From an uncultured cyanobacterium (GTDB lineage: Bacteria; Cyanobacteriota; Cyanobacteriia; Phormidesmidales; Phormidesmidaceae), in the NCBI GenBank assembly GCA_963793265.1, contig CAWBZI010000006.1:768001-832000 (forward strand): a stretch of DNA of 64,000 nt, written 5' to 3'. The position numbers and the translations under genes are program-made. The notes beneath the pieces are model-generated. The model searched no databases. It worked only from the letters and a program-made list of their open reading frames with translations, and was not told the DNA's origin. Below, piece after piece: positions 41,928 through 52,622 of this stretch. The stretch's first letter is position 1; each line of letters begins with the position of its first letter.

Positions 41928-42119
41928 ATGAGCACCGATCAATCAGTCGCTACCGAACTAGAGAAGAAGTCGTCAGAGCTAAATGAGCCGCCGCCAAGCT
42001 ACGTCAAGCTAGCGATGCGAAACATGGTAAAAAAAGGAGGCAAATCGCTCTATCATTTCTTTTTATCTTCCGTTGCTTTGCTAACCCTGTTTATTGGGCT
42101 TGCCTACCTCACTCGCTAG
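41928..42119 (+). CDS. DUF3285 family small membrane protein
   Basis: PSYVKLAMRNMVKKGGKSLYHF plus one TM helix; typical prfB-ybeY context. Confidence 0.88.
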   Translation: MSTDQSVATELEKKSSELNEPPPSYVKLAMRNMVKKGGKSLYHFFLSSVALLTLFIGLAYLTR

Positions 42120-42134
42120 GGTCGAACTTCTTTT

Positions 42135-42644
42135 ATGACAGCTACGATTCAGACAAAGGCGATTCAGGTAGAAACGATTGTAGATGGTGATGCGGTAGAG
42201 CAGGTGCCAGGAGTAGCGATCGCCTACTACCAACACTGGCTCCACACCTGGCTAAATGACCTATCTATCCAACTCTCACCCATCAACGCCTACGAAGTCA
42301 GCCTTCGCCTCACCACCGACGCCGGAATTCAGCAGCTAAACACCGACTACCGCCAGCAGGCAAAACCCACTGACGTATTATCTTTCGCCGCTTTAGAAAC
42401 TAATATTCCAGGTGCAGGCGTCCTACACGCTCAACAGCCTCTATACTTAGGCGACATCATTATCTCCGTCGAAACCGCCGCCCGTCAGGCTCCCACCCAC
42501 GACCATTCCTTACCCCAAGAAATGGCTTGGCTCACGGCCCACGGACTCCTTCACCTGCTAGGCTGGGATCACCCGGACGAGATAAGTCTGGTGCGAATGT
42601 TAGATCGGCAGGCGCAGCTACTCCAATTGATAGATCTCTCCTAA
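42135..42644 (+). CDS. ybeY: rRNA maturation endoribonuclease YbeY
   Basis: PTDVLSF, LGDIIIS, HGLLHLLGWDH. Confidence 0.96.
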   Translation: MTATIQTKAIQVETIVDGDAVEQVPGVAIAYYQHWLHTWLNDLSIQLSPINAYEVSLRLTTDAGIQQLNTDYRQQAKPTDVLSFAALETNIPGAGVLHAQQPLYLGDIIISVETAARQAPTHDHSLPQEMAWLTAHGLLHLLGWDHPDEISLVRMLDRQAQLLQLIDLS

Positions 42645-42754
42645 AGTCGGCACCCATCAAGTTACGTCAGCATAAGAACTGGGCAACGTTTAGAGTCTAA
42701 CAAGCGTCTCAAGACATCTACATACAACGAAGCCAGCTAGGTTTGATCTGCCTT

Positions 42755-43312
42755 ATGTTTTCTCACGATAGCCAGTTCTCCCCCGATAGCAAGATGACCC
42801 GTGATAAAGAACTCGCTGACCGTAGCGAAAGCCAGTCGGGCAAGCCGGGCGACAAGCTATCGATTCGTAAAAAGACCCGTGATGTGACAGAGGCGATCGC
42901 ACCCGACAAAGACAAGCGATCGCAATCCTGGCAAATCGCACCCGATCTATTCACCAGCTTCAAATACGCCTGGGCAGGCATTTCCTACGCCTTCACCACC
43001 CAAAGAAATTTCAGAGTCCACACAGGTATCGGCATCATCGCAATTAGCCTCTGCTGGATACTTAAAGTAAGCAACATCGAAACTGCCGTCGTCTGCCTAA
43101 CCATCGGCGCAGTTTTGGTCATGGAAATCCTCAACACCGCCCTCGAATCCCTTGTCGATCTCACCGTAGGACAGACCTACCACGAGCTTGCAAAAATCGC
43201 GAAAGACTGCGCAGCCGGTGCAGTCCTCATGGCCGCAATCATCGCTTTACTTATTGCCGCGCTCATCTTCATCCCGCCAGTCTGGCTACTACTACAGGCC
43301 CACCTCGCGTAA
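42755..43312 (+). CDS. dgkA: Diacylglycerol/undecaprenol kinase DgkA family
   Basis: SFKYAWAG..QRNFRVH, EILNTALESLVD, AKIAKDCAAGAV. Confidence 0.92.
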   Translation: MFSHDSQFSPDSKMTRDKELADRSESQSGKPGDKLSIRKKTRDVTEAIAPDKDKRSQSWQIAPDLFTSFKYAWAGISYAFTTQRNFRVHTGIGIIAISLCWILKVSNIETAVVCLTIGAVLVMEILNTALESLVDLTVGQTYHELAKIAKDCAAGAVLMAAIIALLIAALIFIPPVWLLLQAHLA

Positions 43313-43351
43313 TTCTGCCTCAAGCCCCATCTACGCCCCACCTTCCGAACC

Positions 43352-43945
43352 ATGATTCTGGTAATCGACAACTACGACAGTTTCACCTATAACCTCGTTC
43401 AGTATCTAGGCGAACTCGGCCAAACCCTCAACGTGGCCAAAGACATTCAAGTCTTTCGTAACGATCAAATCACCCTCGAAGAAATTAAAGCCAAAGCGCC
43501 TGACGCCATCGTCATCTCACCCGGCCCCGGTACGCCCGACGACGCAGGCGTTTCTTTAGAAATTATCGAAAAGCTAGGGCCAAAAACGCCCATCCTCGGC
43601 GTTTGCTTAGGCCATCAAAGCATCGGCCAGGTATACGGCGGCAAAGTTATCTCCGCAGCAGAACTCATGCACGGCAAGACATCTCCCGTCCGCCACAGCA
43701 ACACAGGCGTTTTCACAGGTCTTGCCGATCCACTTACCGCCACTCGCTATCACAGCCTTGTCATCGAAAAAGAAAGCTGCCCCAAAGTACTCGAAATCAC
43801 TGCCTGGGTAGACGACGGCACCATTATGGGCGTTCGCCACCGCGACTATCCACACATCCAAGGCGTTCAGTTCCACCCTGAAAGCGTTCTGACCGAATCA
43901 GGAAAAGACCTGCTAAGGAACTTTTTGCAGGAACTCGACACCTAG
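43352..43945 (+). CDS. trpG: Anthranilate/aminodeoxychorismate synthase component II (glutamine amidotransferase)
   Basis: [34 protein letters not shown]. Confidence 0.95.
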   Translation: MILVIDNYDSFTYNLVQYLGELGQTLNVAKDIQVFRNDQITLEEIKAKAPDAIVISPGPGTPDDAGVSLEIIEKLGPKTPILGVCLGHQSIGQVYGGKVISAAELMHGKTSPVRHSNTGVFTGLADPLTATRYHSLVIEKESCPKVLEITAWVDDGTIMGVRHRDYPHIQGVQFHPESVLTESGKDLLRNFLQELDT

Positions 43946-44109
43946 ACAGTTAGTAAGGGATCTAAGCTTCAAACAGCTGAAAGTAGCCGCGTTTAAGCAA
44001 AATCTATAGCCATCCACCATCACAAACTGGCCCAGTTTAGCTGTGCTACGTGTCACACAACGCGGCAAAATGTAGCCTAACCCCTGTGGATAAGTCGATA
44101 AGGAAACAC

Positions 44110-44880
44110 ATGAAACGGCGACAACTGCTTCAATACGCTAGCGCAACCTTCGTAAGCACATTAGGACTCGGCCTCGCTTCTCAATATCAGTCTTACCAGG
44201 CTCAAAGCGGTCAGCTCACCATCACAGCCCTCGGCCACACCGCCTTCTTATTCACAGGCGGCGGCCATAGCATTCTCGTCAATCCCTTCAAAGCAGTCGG
44301 CTGCACCGCTGGCTACGCCCAACCCACAGCCAGCGCTGACCTGGTGCTGCTCAGCAGTCGCCTATTTGACGAAGGCTTTCTAACCGATACCTATGCCAGC
44401 ACTCAGGTCATTGACGAACCTGGAGACTTTACGGTCAATGGACTAGCCGTTCAGGGCGTAAGTATGCCTCACGATCGGCTTAACGGTCGGCGTTTTGGCT
44501 CCAACGTAGCCTGGGTTTGGAACCAAGCAGGCATCAAAATTGTGCATTTAGGCGGAGCTGCCGCCCCCATCTCAATTGAAGACAGAATCCTCATTGGTCG
44601 GCCTGACGTTTTGCTGGTGCCGGTAGGCGGTGGCCCTAAGGCTTATACGCCAGAAGAAGCGGCTGAAGCTATTAGGTCACTTAATCCGAAGGTTGTTATT
44701 CCGACGCACTACCTCACGCAAGCTGCTGACACAGACAGCTGTGATCTAGTAGGCGTAGGCGACTTTACAGCGCTGATGTCAGGGACACCCGTCGCGCAAA
44801 ACGGCAGTACGCTTAGCCTGAGTGCAAGCAACCTACCCAGCAGCGGAATGCGGATTGAAGTTTTGAGCTATGCTTTTTAG
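44110..44880 (+). CDS. Tat-exported MBL-fold protein with degenerate metal motif
   Basis: MKRRQLL signal; LGHTAF, IVHLGG, PDVLLVPVGG, IPTHY; SSRLFDE stands where HxHxDH is expected. Confidence 0.85.
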   Translation: MKRRQLLQYASATFVSTLGLGLASQYQSYQAQSGQLTITALGHTAFLFTGGGHSILVNPFKAVGCTAGYAQPTASADLVLLSSRLFDEGFLTDTYASTQVIDEPGDFTVNGLAVQGVSMPHDRLNGRRFGSNVAWVWNQAGIKIVHLGGAAAPISIEDRILIGRPDVLLVPVGGGPKAYTPEEAAEAIRSLNPKVVIPTHYLTQAADTDSCDLVGVGDFTALMSGTPVAQNGSTLSLSASNLPSSGMRIEVLSYAF

Positions 44881-44937
44881 AGCTTAAAGTTCTTAAAGGC
44901 TTTCAAAGTTAGTCTTTCAAACCTCTTCCAGACATTT

Positions 44938-46261
44938 ATGCACAGTGAGTATCAGCAACGTCGGCAGTCTGTATTAGATGCGATTGGTCAGGGCACTGCA
45001 ATTTTTTGTAGCGCCCCCACCGCTGTCATGCACAACGATGTGGACTATCTATACCGTCAAGACAGCGATTTCTTTTATCTAACAGGATTTAACGAACCTG
45101 ATGCGGTAGCGGTACTCTCTCCGACTCACGACGAGCATAAGTTTGTGCTGTTTGTGCGTCCTAAAGATCCTGAGAAGGAAACTTGGAGCGGCTACCGTAC
45201 TGGCGTAGAAGCAGCGAAGGAACGCTACGGAGCAGACAAGGTTTATCCCATTGAAGAACTCGGCAAAGAGCTGACGCAGTATGTTGCTAAAGCTGACCGG
45301 CTGTACTACCACTTCGGTCACAATATTGCTTTTAACAATCGTATTATTCGCCTGTGGCAGCAATTGCTCGGCAAGATGACGAAAAAAGGCACCGGCCCGG
45401 TTGCTATTGAGGACGCTAAGCTGCTGATGCAGCAGTTTCGGCGGGTTAAGAGTCCGTTTGAGTTAGAGAAGATTAAAAAGGCGATCGCAATCAGCACCGA
45501 GGCTCACAACGTTGTTCGCGAAATGGTACGCCCTGGCATTTACGAATACGAAATTCAAGCAGCCCTCGAAAATATCTTCCGGCGTGAAGGCGGCATGGGG
45601 CCAGCCTATCCTTCCATTGTGGCAACCGGCGAAAACGCCTGCATCTTACACTACGTTGAGAACAATCAGCAGCTAAAAGACGGCGATCTGCTACTGATAG
45701 ACGCTGGCTGTGCTTACGAATATTACAACGCAGATATTACTCGCACACTACCTGTTGGTAGATAGCCAGTCAGAAGAACAGCGATTGCTTTACGATCTAA
45801 CTCTGAAGGCGCAGCTAGCAGCTATCGATCAGGTAAAGCCGGGTACACCCTTTAATGCGTTTCACGATGCGGCCACTCGCACCATCACCGAAGGGCTAGT
45901 CGAACTAGGACTACTCATAGGCGATGTAGACAAACTCATCGAAGAGAAGAAACACAAAGCTTTCTTTATGCACGGCACAGGTCATTTTCTGGGACTTGAT
46001 GTGCACGACTCTGGCATTTTGCGCAATCCTGATCAGACTTGGAAACCATTCGCGCCTGGCAACATTGTCACCGTAGAGCCAGGTATCTACATTCCTCCCA
46101 ACTATAAGCCTGCTGAAGATCAGCCCAACGTTCACGCCCGCTGGCGAGGTATTGGTATTCGTATAGAAGACGACGTGCTAGTGACTGAAACAGGGCATGA
46201 AGTTCTGACCTCAGCCGTCCCTAAAACGTTTGACATTCCAGCGCAATCACTAGCTGCCTGA
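44938..46261 (+). pseudogene. pepP: Xaa-Pro aminopeptidase split by a +1 frameshift (pseudogene or sequence error)
   Basis: ORF1 (YRQDSDFFYLTG...LIDAG..YNADITRT) stops at TAG 45763-45765; the +1 frame continues EEQRLLY...HGTGHFLGLDVHD...TVEPG...GIRIEDD. Confidence 0.88.
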
Positions 46262-46745
46262 TCGGATTGGGCAGAATTCAAATGCTAAAAACAAAAGTCT
46301 TTAGGTACAAACACTCATTAATACTCTGATATCTTCAGGCTTATTTGGGAAGCCTCCGTGATGCCACGGTCAAAAAGTTTGAAGATCGCAATAACTTTGC
46401 TGATAGGCATTCTCGGTCTTTGAACATTAGCAGTAGGATGCAAACATCTAGGCTAGGCGCTTAGCCTGTGGCACTGCATACAAACATAAGTTGTTATATG
46501 CCTTATCAGGCGGGGCAAGCTAATAAGCGGAACGTTTGATAAGAGTTACGGTCTTAGTGAATATTGCTCAGGCCCGTATCTTTGTAAATTCAGGCGTCTA
46601 TAGCGAGTTTTAGGGCAACTGCGCAATCTAATCACGTTTTTTAGCCACATTTCTAGATTTACAAAGTGCTGATAAACCTTCACAGTACTTAAAGGTATGA
46701 AAGGTAAAGATTAATCAGTTCGTTTACTCGGTATTGAGGAACCTA

Positions 46746-48257
46746 ATGGTGAGATTGAATCGTCTACTGCCCGGCTTGACTTTAGTGGGGGCTCTTATGT
46801 TAGCGCTACCCGCAGAGGCAGCTAGGCTACAGTTCTGGCGGTTCGATACCGAAGAGAACCAGCTAATTTTTACCACGGATGATAGCGTTCAGCCTACGGC
46901 TCAACTGCTGGCTAACCCTACCCGTCTGGTGATAGATCTGCCCGGCACCACTATCATCGACCCCGATACACAGGCTTTTGGTGGCGCGGTTAAAGAGGTG
47001 CGTGTGGGTGAGCTAGATGCTGAAACCACTCGCCTGGTCGTGGAATACAACTCGGGCTACACGGTCGATCCGACGCAGGTTCAAGTACGAGGTGAAGGCG
47101 CACGACAGTGGACGGTGCAGTTGCCTGAAGCCGAAGAAGTGAGCAGTCGTGATATTGCCGATGAGCAAACAGACGGTGAGCAGGCCAGTGAGCAGGAAGC
47201 CGCTCGAACGTCAGCGCGATCGCTCGCCAACAGAGTCAGCAACCGCCCCGTACAAGGTGCAGACACTCGCATTCAGGGCGTAACAGCAACAGCAGACGGT
47301 TTCTTTATTCGCACAGTTGGCGAAACGCCGCAGCTAGAAGTTAGCCGCTTTGAAGAAGACGGGCAGCGCTACATTACAATGACTTTCGAGCAAACTGCCG
47401 TGGCTTTGGGCGTAACGACCGCGCGATTGCCGGTCAACAGATACAGCATTGATAGCTGGCGAGTAAACCAAGCGTCGGCTAATCCAGCTAGAGCTGAAAT
47501 TACGCTGGCATTAGGTGAAGGAAGTCCTGACTGGGATATTTCTGCTAACGATGGCGGCGTGGTGATTTTGCCAAAAGATGCTTCTATTAGCAGTATTCCT
47601 GATGCAGGCAAACCCGAAGCCGGTGCCGCAACCATGGTAGCGAGTAATGAGCGCCGACCTGCTGAAGCGCGCCAGGTACCAACGACCGGCGAGTTGCCTA
47701 CGTTGCCAAACGGCAGGTTTACGGTAGTGATTGATCCCGGCCATGGCGGACGCGATCCAGGTGCGGTCGGCATCAACGGACTTCAGGAAAAACAAGTTGT
47801 CAACGATATTGCTCCTAGAGTAGCGGCTATTTTGCGCGAACAGGGCGCGAACGTAGTGATGACGCGCGATAGCGATATTGAGGTCGATCTTGCGCCTCGT
47901 GTTCAAACGGCTGAAAGAGTTAACGCTTCTATTTTCGTAAGCATTCATGCAAACGCTATTAGCATGAGCCGCCCTGATGTGAACGGGCTAGAGACTTTCT
48001 ATGCCTCCGATTCGGGCCAGCGGCTAGCGAATACGGTTCATGCGACGGTGCTTAGAGCGATGGGAATGCGCGATCGCCGTGTCCGATCAGCTCGCTTCTA
48101 CGTCATTCGTCGCACGTCCATGCCCGCTATTTTGGTTGAAACCGGCTTTGTCACTGGAGCAGAAGATGCGCCTAATTTGGCTGATCCAGCCTGGCGCGAG
48201 CGGATGGCAGAGGCGATCGCTGAAGGCATTTTGCTACACCTCCAGCGCGGCCTATAA
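46746..48257 (+). CDS. amiC: N-acetylmuramoyl-L-alanine amidase with AMIN domain
   Basis: Signal peptide, NPTRLVIDLPG, IDPGHGG, EK, SIHAN, LVETGF. Confidence 0.93.
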   Translation: MVRLNRLLPGLTLVGALMLALPAEAARLQFWRFDTEENQLIFTTDDSVQPTAQLLANPTRLVIDLPGTTIIDPDTQAFGGAVKEVRVGELDAETTRLVVEYNSGYTVDPTQVQVRGEGARQWTVQLPEAEEVSSRDIADEQTDGEQASEQEAARTSARSLANRVSNRPVQGADTRIQGVTATADGFFIRTVGETPQLEVSRFEEDGQRYITMTFEQTAVALGVTTARLPVNRYSIDSWRVNQASANPARAEITLALGEGSPDWDISANDGGVVILPKDASISSIPDAGKPEAGAATMVASNERRPAEARQVPTTGELPTLPNGRFTVVIDPGHGGRDPGAVGINGLQEKQVVNDIAPRVAAILREQGANVVMTRDSDIEVDLAPRVQTAERVNASIFVSIHANAISMSRPDVNGLETFYASDSGQRLANTVHATVLRAMGMRDRRVRSARFYVIRRTSMPAILVETGFVTGAEDAPNLADPAWRERMAEAIAEGILLHLQRGL

Positions 48258-48275
48258 AATCTGCTTTTCAAAAAC

Positions 48276-49382
48276 TTACTTTTTCTCAGGATGTTCGACC
48301 GCCTCGCAGGCAGTGCCCAACTTACCTAGAAAGTGAATCATCTGATGCAAACGTCCGGCATCTCGCTGATTGAAGTGAAGCGCTAGCCGAGGCAAATTTT
48401 CAGTTTCATCGCCGCGCTCTACGTCAAAAGCTGACACCTCTCTAATCGTGCCTTTACTCAAGATGTCAGCAAACTTCGCATTAAGCTGATCAATGCCACC
48501 TTCACTCAGCGGTGCCTTGAGGCGAATCACAAGCTGACCACGTACGTATCGGCTAGAGTGATATACCCGGTAGAAGCTTTCGACATAGTTTAGGGCGTCA
48601 TCTAGGCTATCGGTTAGGTGATACAGACTGGTGTCATCAGGGCTGATCAGTCCTTGGTCGAGAAGACGGTTGCGCACATAGTAGTCCCAGCTCTTCCAAT
48701 ATTCACCGCCGGGTCGGTCGATGAGAATGAGTGGAATGGGATCGGACTTTCCGGTTTGGATGAGGGTAAGCGATTCAAAGGCTTCGTCTTGGGTGCCAAA
48801 GCCGCCGGGGAAAAGGGCGATCGCATCACTCTCTTTTAAAAAGAACAGCTTGCGCGTAAAAAAGTATTTAAAGTCCAGCAGCTTAGGATCGCCTGCCATC
48901 ACCGGATTGGCACCTTGTTCAAACGGAAGCTGAATGTTCAGCCCGAATGAATAATCACGACTGGCCCCTTCGTTGCCCGCTTGCATGATACCGCCACCCG
49001 CCCCGGTCATCACCATAAAGCCGTGCTGCACCAGCCGACGCGCAAATTCGGCGGTCATTTGGTATTCGGGGCGATCGCTAGGCGTTCGAGCAGAGCCAAA
49101 GATCGTAACCTTACGAGTGTGCCGATACGGAAAGAACGACTTAAAACCCTTCTCCATATCCATGAGTGAATGGCTTAATATTTTCCAATCTAAAGGCTCT
49201 GCCTCTTGAGTCGCCATCCGCACTAAAGTCTCAAGAATCTCCTTAATTAGCCCACCGCTTTCCATCGTCGGCAGTTGATCCATCACACGCAGCAGGTCAC
49301 CGCGCAGTTGATTATTCAACGGCGAACCTGAGCCCTGATCCGAGCTGCGATCTGAATATTGAAAAGGAGAAACGTCCATCAT
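48276..49382 (-). CDS. LOG family nucleotide phosphoribohydrolase (extended type)
   Basis: TIFGSAR, TGAGGGIM, FFTRK, PGGFGTQDE. Confidence 0.9.
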   Translation of the reverse strand: MMDVSPFQYSDRSSDQGSGSPLNNQLRGDLLRVMDQLPTMESGGLIKEILETLVRMATQEAEPLDWKILSHSLMDMEKGFKSFFPYRHTRKVTIFGSARTPSDRPEYQMTAEFARRLVQHGFMVMTGAGGGIMQAGNEGASRDYSFGLNIQLPFEQGANPVMAGDPKLLDFKYFFTRKLFFLKESDAIALFPGGFGTQDEAFESLTLIQTGKSDPIPLILIDRPGGEYWKSWDYYVRNRLLDQGLISPDDTSLYHLTDSLDDALNYVESFYRVYHSSRYVRGQLVIRLKAPLSEGGIDQLNAKFADILSKGTIREVSAFDVERGDETENLPRLALHFNQRDAGRLHQMIHFLGKLGTACEAVEHPEKK

Positions 49383-49527
49383 GTACGTATGTAAAGAATA
49401 TTCGTTCACTAATGAATGATCATCAGTGAGCCTATTTTAATCTGTGATGACTTTCCTCTAAACAGCCCATATACAGAGAAACTAGACAGTAAAAGTTACC
49501 CGCTCGAGCAAGATAGATGTAACCAAC

Positions 49528-49558
49528 AAAAAAGGCTCCAGTATTTTTCTGAAGCCTT
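49528..49558 (-). terminator. Intrinsic terminator of trxA
   Basis: Minus strand AAGGCUUCAG-N7-CUGGAGCCUU followed by UUUU. Confidence 0.85.
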
Positions 49559-49653
49559 CCTTTGATATTTATTCTATAGATAGTCATCTTGACTGACTGT
49601 CAGCGTGGCTACATCAAAGCCCTGTCGATACCATTACTCTTTTAAGGAATGGC

Positions 49654-49974
49654 TTAAAGATACTTCTCTAGCGTATTTGCCAAAGTCGTCTTAGGAACAG
49701 CGCCAACCACCATATCTACACGCTGGCCGCCCTTGAAAATCATCAGCGTTGGAATACTGCGAATACCGTACTGGCTAGCTACGCTAGGGTTTTCGTCTGT
49801 ATTTACTTTAACGACCTTGACCTGACCGTCGTATTGTTCAGAAATTTCGTCAACAACGGGAGCCACCATTCGGCAAGGCCCACACCAAGGAGCCCAAAAG
49901 TCTACTAAGACTGGGGCTTCGCTCTCCAAAACTTCTTGCTTAAATGTCGAATCAGTAACCTGTGCGGCTGACAT
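49654..49974 (-). CDS. trxA: Thioredoxin m-type
   Basis: [22 protein letters not shown]; start MSAAQVTD. Confidence 0.98.
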   Translation of the reverse strand: MSAAQVTDSTFKQEVLESEAPVLVDFWAPWCGPCRMVAPVVDEISEQYDGQVKVVKVNTDENPSVASQYGIRSIPTLMIFKGGQRVDMVVGAVPKTTLANTLEKYL

Positions 49975-50194
49975 TCTTAAAACCCTTGTCACTCGTGTAT
50001 ATCGATCTTACCATAGCCAAAACCCCAGCCCAATCGCGCGTATCTACAGATTTTTTACTGACTGGCTAACAATACTTAGCATTGCGCGATAGATCGCAAA
50101 ACCCTCTCTGCCAAAAGACACATTGGCAGACTACAGACTCATTGGCAACAAGTCCCACCCAGTTACTCAGAAGAACGTCCTTGGAAATGCCTTT

Positions 50195-50285
50195 AAAGAG
50201 GAACCGCCCAAACCCGAAACTAAAAGCTTCGCTGGTTTAGGCGGAGTGTGGTGTGAGGAGTGAACGGAAACTTGCGTCTCCGCTT
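50195..50285 (-). ncRNA. yfr1: Yfr1 small RNA
   Basis: 5' hairpin GCGGAGAC-GCAA-GUUUCCGU, conserved ACUCCUCACAC (50251-50261), terminator hairpin CCGCCUAAACC/GGUUUGGGCGG; canonical guaB-trxA location. Confidence 0.95.
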
Positions 50286-50292
50286 ACACCTA

Positions 50293-50298
50293 ATTGTA
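50293..50298 (-). promoter_or_regulatory. -10 box (TACAAT) of yfr1
   Basis: TACAAT about 7 nt upstream of the predicted Yfr1 5' end. Confidence 0.75.
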
Positions 50299-50415
50299 AG
50301 AGACTCTTCGTAATTTGCCACCAGTCTTAGCGGTTATCAGAGACAAGTCTTAAAATTTGTATACCTGACAATTACATGAGCCCTATTATCTGATAAAACC
50401 TTTCCAAAATACCGG

Positions 50416-50489
50416 AAAAAGCAAGCTCGTGCGAGTAGAAGCAACCGTAGCTCCACGCAATTTTTGACTAACTTTATTCGCACGAGCTT
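50416..50489 (-). terminator. Large-loop inverted repeat after guaB (probable terminator)
   Basis: AAGCTCGTGCGA (50423-50434) / TCGCACGAGCTT (50478-50489), followed by GCUUUUU on the minus strand. Confidence 0.55.
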
Positions 50490-50495
50490 ACTTGG

Positions 50496-51659
50496 CTACT
50501 TACCCATTCCCAAATGCTGAGCCTTCTGATAAACCTTTCCTTCAGTCAAAAGAGAAGGCGCAATCACGACCTCCACGTTCTGCATTTCCTTAAGATCTTT
50601 AGCGCCCAACGTTCCCATGCTAGTTTTCAAAGCCCCTAGTAAGTTATGTGTGCCATCATCAAGCTGGGCTGGGCCTCGCAAAATTTGCGCTAACGTCCCT
50701 GTCTTACCAACTTGAATGCGAGTGCCTCTGGGTAAAACTGGGCTAGGTGTTGCCATTCCCCAGTGAAACCCGCGACCAGGTGCTTCTTCAGCTCTAGCAA
50801 AAGGCGAGCCAATCATCACGCCATCCGCACCCGAAGCAATGCACTTACAAATGTCTCCACCTGTCACTAGCCCGCCATCTGCTATCACTGGCACGTATTT
50901 GCCTGTTTCCTGCTGATAGTCATCTCTAGCCGCCGCACAGTCTGCAACTGCTGTCGCTTGAGGAATTCCAACACCCAGAACCCCGCGAGAAGTGCAGGCG
51001 GCTCCTGGGCCAATTCCCACCAATACGCCCGCTGCGCCCGCCTTCATTAGCTTCAACGTCACTTCGTAGGTAACACAGTTACCCAGCAAGACAGGGATAG
51101 GCATTTCTTGACAAAACTGCGCTAAGTCCAAGGGGCTAACCGACTGCGGTGAAATATGGTCGGTTGATACCACCGTTGCCTGCACAAAGACCATATCTGC
51201 ACCAGCATCAGCGACCGTCTTACCGAACTTGACAGCTCCAGCAGGCGTTAGGCTCACAGCCGCAATGCCATCTTGGGTCTTAATTTCCTTAATTCGTTTT
51301 TCGATCAGTTCTGGCAGAATCGGCTTTGCATAAATTTCCTGCATCAGCGGTACAAATTCTGTTTTACCGACCGAGGCAATGCGATCCAATATCGGATTAG
51401 GATCTTCGTAGCGGGTCTGAATACCTTCTAAGTTGAGTACGCCTAGTGCGCCTAGCTTAGAGAGTTCGACGGCCATTTTTACATCAACAACCCCATCCAT
51501 TGCACTGGCAATAATAGGAATTTCTCGGGTGACCCCACCAATTTCCCAGCTAGCGTCTGCTAGCTGCGGATCCAGCGTTCTGGCCCCAGGAACTAGGGCG
51601 ATTTCATCAATTCCGTAAGCGCGCCTGGCTGTTTTACCACGACCAATTTGAATATTCAC
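50496..51659 (-). CDS. guaB: IMP dehydrogenase, cyanobacterial GuaB3 type
   Basis: [32 protein letters not shown]; no CBS pair. Confidence 0.95.
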   Translation of the reverse strand: MNIQIGRGKTARRAYGIDEIALVPGARTLDPQLADASWEIGGVTREIPIIASAMDGVVDVKMAVELSKLGALGVLNLEGIQTRYEDPNPILDRIASVGKTEFVPLMQEIYAKPILPELIEKRIKEIKTQDGIAAVSLTPAGAVKFGKTVADAGADMVFVQATVVSTDHISPQSVSPLDLAQFCQEMPIPVLLGNCVTYEVTLKLMKAGAAGVLVGIGPGAACTSRGVLGVGIPQATAVADCAAARDDYQQETGKYVPVIADGGLVTGGDICKCIASGADGVMIGSPFARAEEAPGRGFHWGMATPSPVLPRGTRIQVGKTGTLAQILRGPAQLDDGTHNLLGALKTSMGTLGAKDLKEMQNVEVVIAPSLLTEGKVYQKAQHLGMGK

Positions 51660-51852
51660 GTCCGTACTTATCCCAAGGAAGCATCTAGCTAGCCTAGCAA
51701 AGAAAGAAATCTATTGCGTATCGGGTTTTCGTACGGGTATTGGAAAATACGAACAGATGCGCCTGTAAGCAATAAAAGCGGATTGATGGATACTATAGAG
51801 CGCAGCCAAACCAGTAAGATGCTTAGAGGTTCTCAATTGCTAGCGATCGCCC

Positions 51853-52572
51853 ATGGTGAACATCTCATCTCTTAAGTTCTTCAAAAACCTCAGAGCTACC
51901 AACCGTCAGTTTGCGGTTATCGGTTTAGGCCGCTTTGGCAGGGCCGTTTGCCTCACGCTACACGGCATGGGCTACGAGGTCATGGGCATAGACTCTAACG
52001 AATCACGAGTCGCTCAGGTATTGACCGACCAAATTGCCGCTCATGCCGTGCAGCTTGACTCGACGCAGCCCTCAGCGCTGGTTGAAGCCGGTATTCCTGA
52101 TTTTGATACAGTGATTATCGCTATCGGCAACTACGTTCAAGAAAGCATTATTACGACGCTAAACGTGAAAGAATCGGGCGTGGCTAACGTGGTCGCCAAG
52201 GCATCTTCTGAAATTCATGGCAAGCTGCTGATGCGAGTAGGAGCCGATCACGTGGTTTTCCCAGAGCATGAGATGGGCTGTGAACTGGCCAGATCGCTCA
52301 CTCGACCCGGCATTTTAGATCGCTTTGAGCTAGATCCTGATCACAGCATTGTAGAAGTAATGGTGCCTCAAGCTTTCAATGGCAAAACCATTATGGAAGT
52401 AGATTTGCGCAATCACTATGGCTTAACGCTCATGGCAATTAGTAAAGATGACGCCAAAGAGGATGACAACAATAAGTTCATCATTAACCCCAGCCCAATC
52501 ACGCGGCTAAGAGGCGGTAGCTTGATGGTAGTGATTGGGGACAACAAAGGTATCGACAAGCTGCCCGTATGA
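51853..52572 (+). CDS. ktrA: KtrA/TrkA potassium uptake regulatory subunit
   Basis: VIGLGRFG RCK_N, GADHVVFPEHEMG, RCK_C domain. Confidence 0.9.
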   Translation: MVNISSLKFFKNLRATNRQFAVIGLGRFGRAVCLTLHGMGYEVMGIDSNESRVAQVLTDQIAAHAVQLDSTQPSALVEAGIPDFDTVIIAIGNYVQESIITTLNVKESGVANVVAKASSEIHGKLLMRVGADHVVFPEHEMGCELARSLTRPGILDRFELDPDHSIVEVMVPQAFNGKTIMEVDLRNHYGLTLMAISKDDAKEDDNNKFIINPSPITRLRGGSLMVVIGDNKGIDKLPV

Positions 52573-52622
52573 ACGATATTCGAAGGCATTAGCTATAGCA
52601 AAAGCTGGATGGTGAGCATAAG

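Noticed and set aside
46262..46733. Possible sRNA in the long pepP-amiC spacer
   Set aside because: Only short hairpins (for example AGGCTAGGCGCTTAGCCT) with no terminator or recognisable motif.
46730..46741. Possible Yfr1 site on the amiC RBS (GGTATTGAGGA)
   Set aside because: Only 6 contiguous pairs plus 3; indistinguishable from an ordinary SD without computation.
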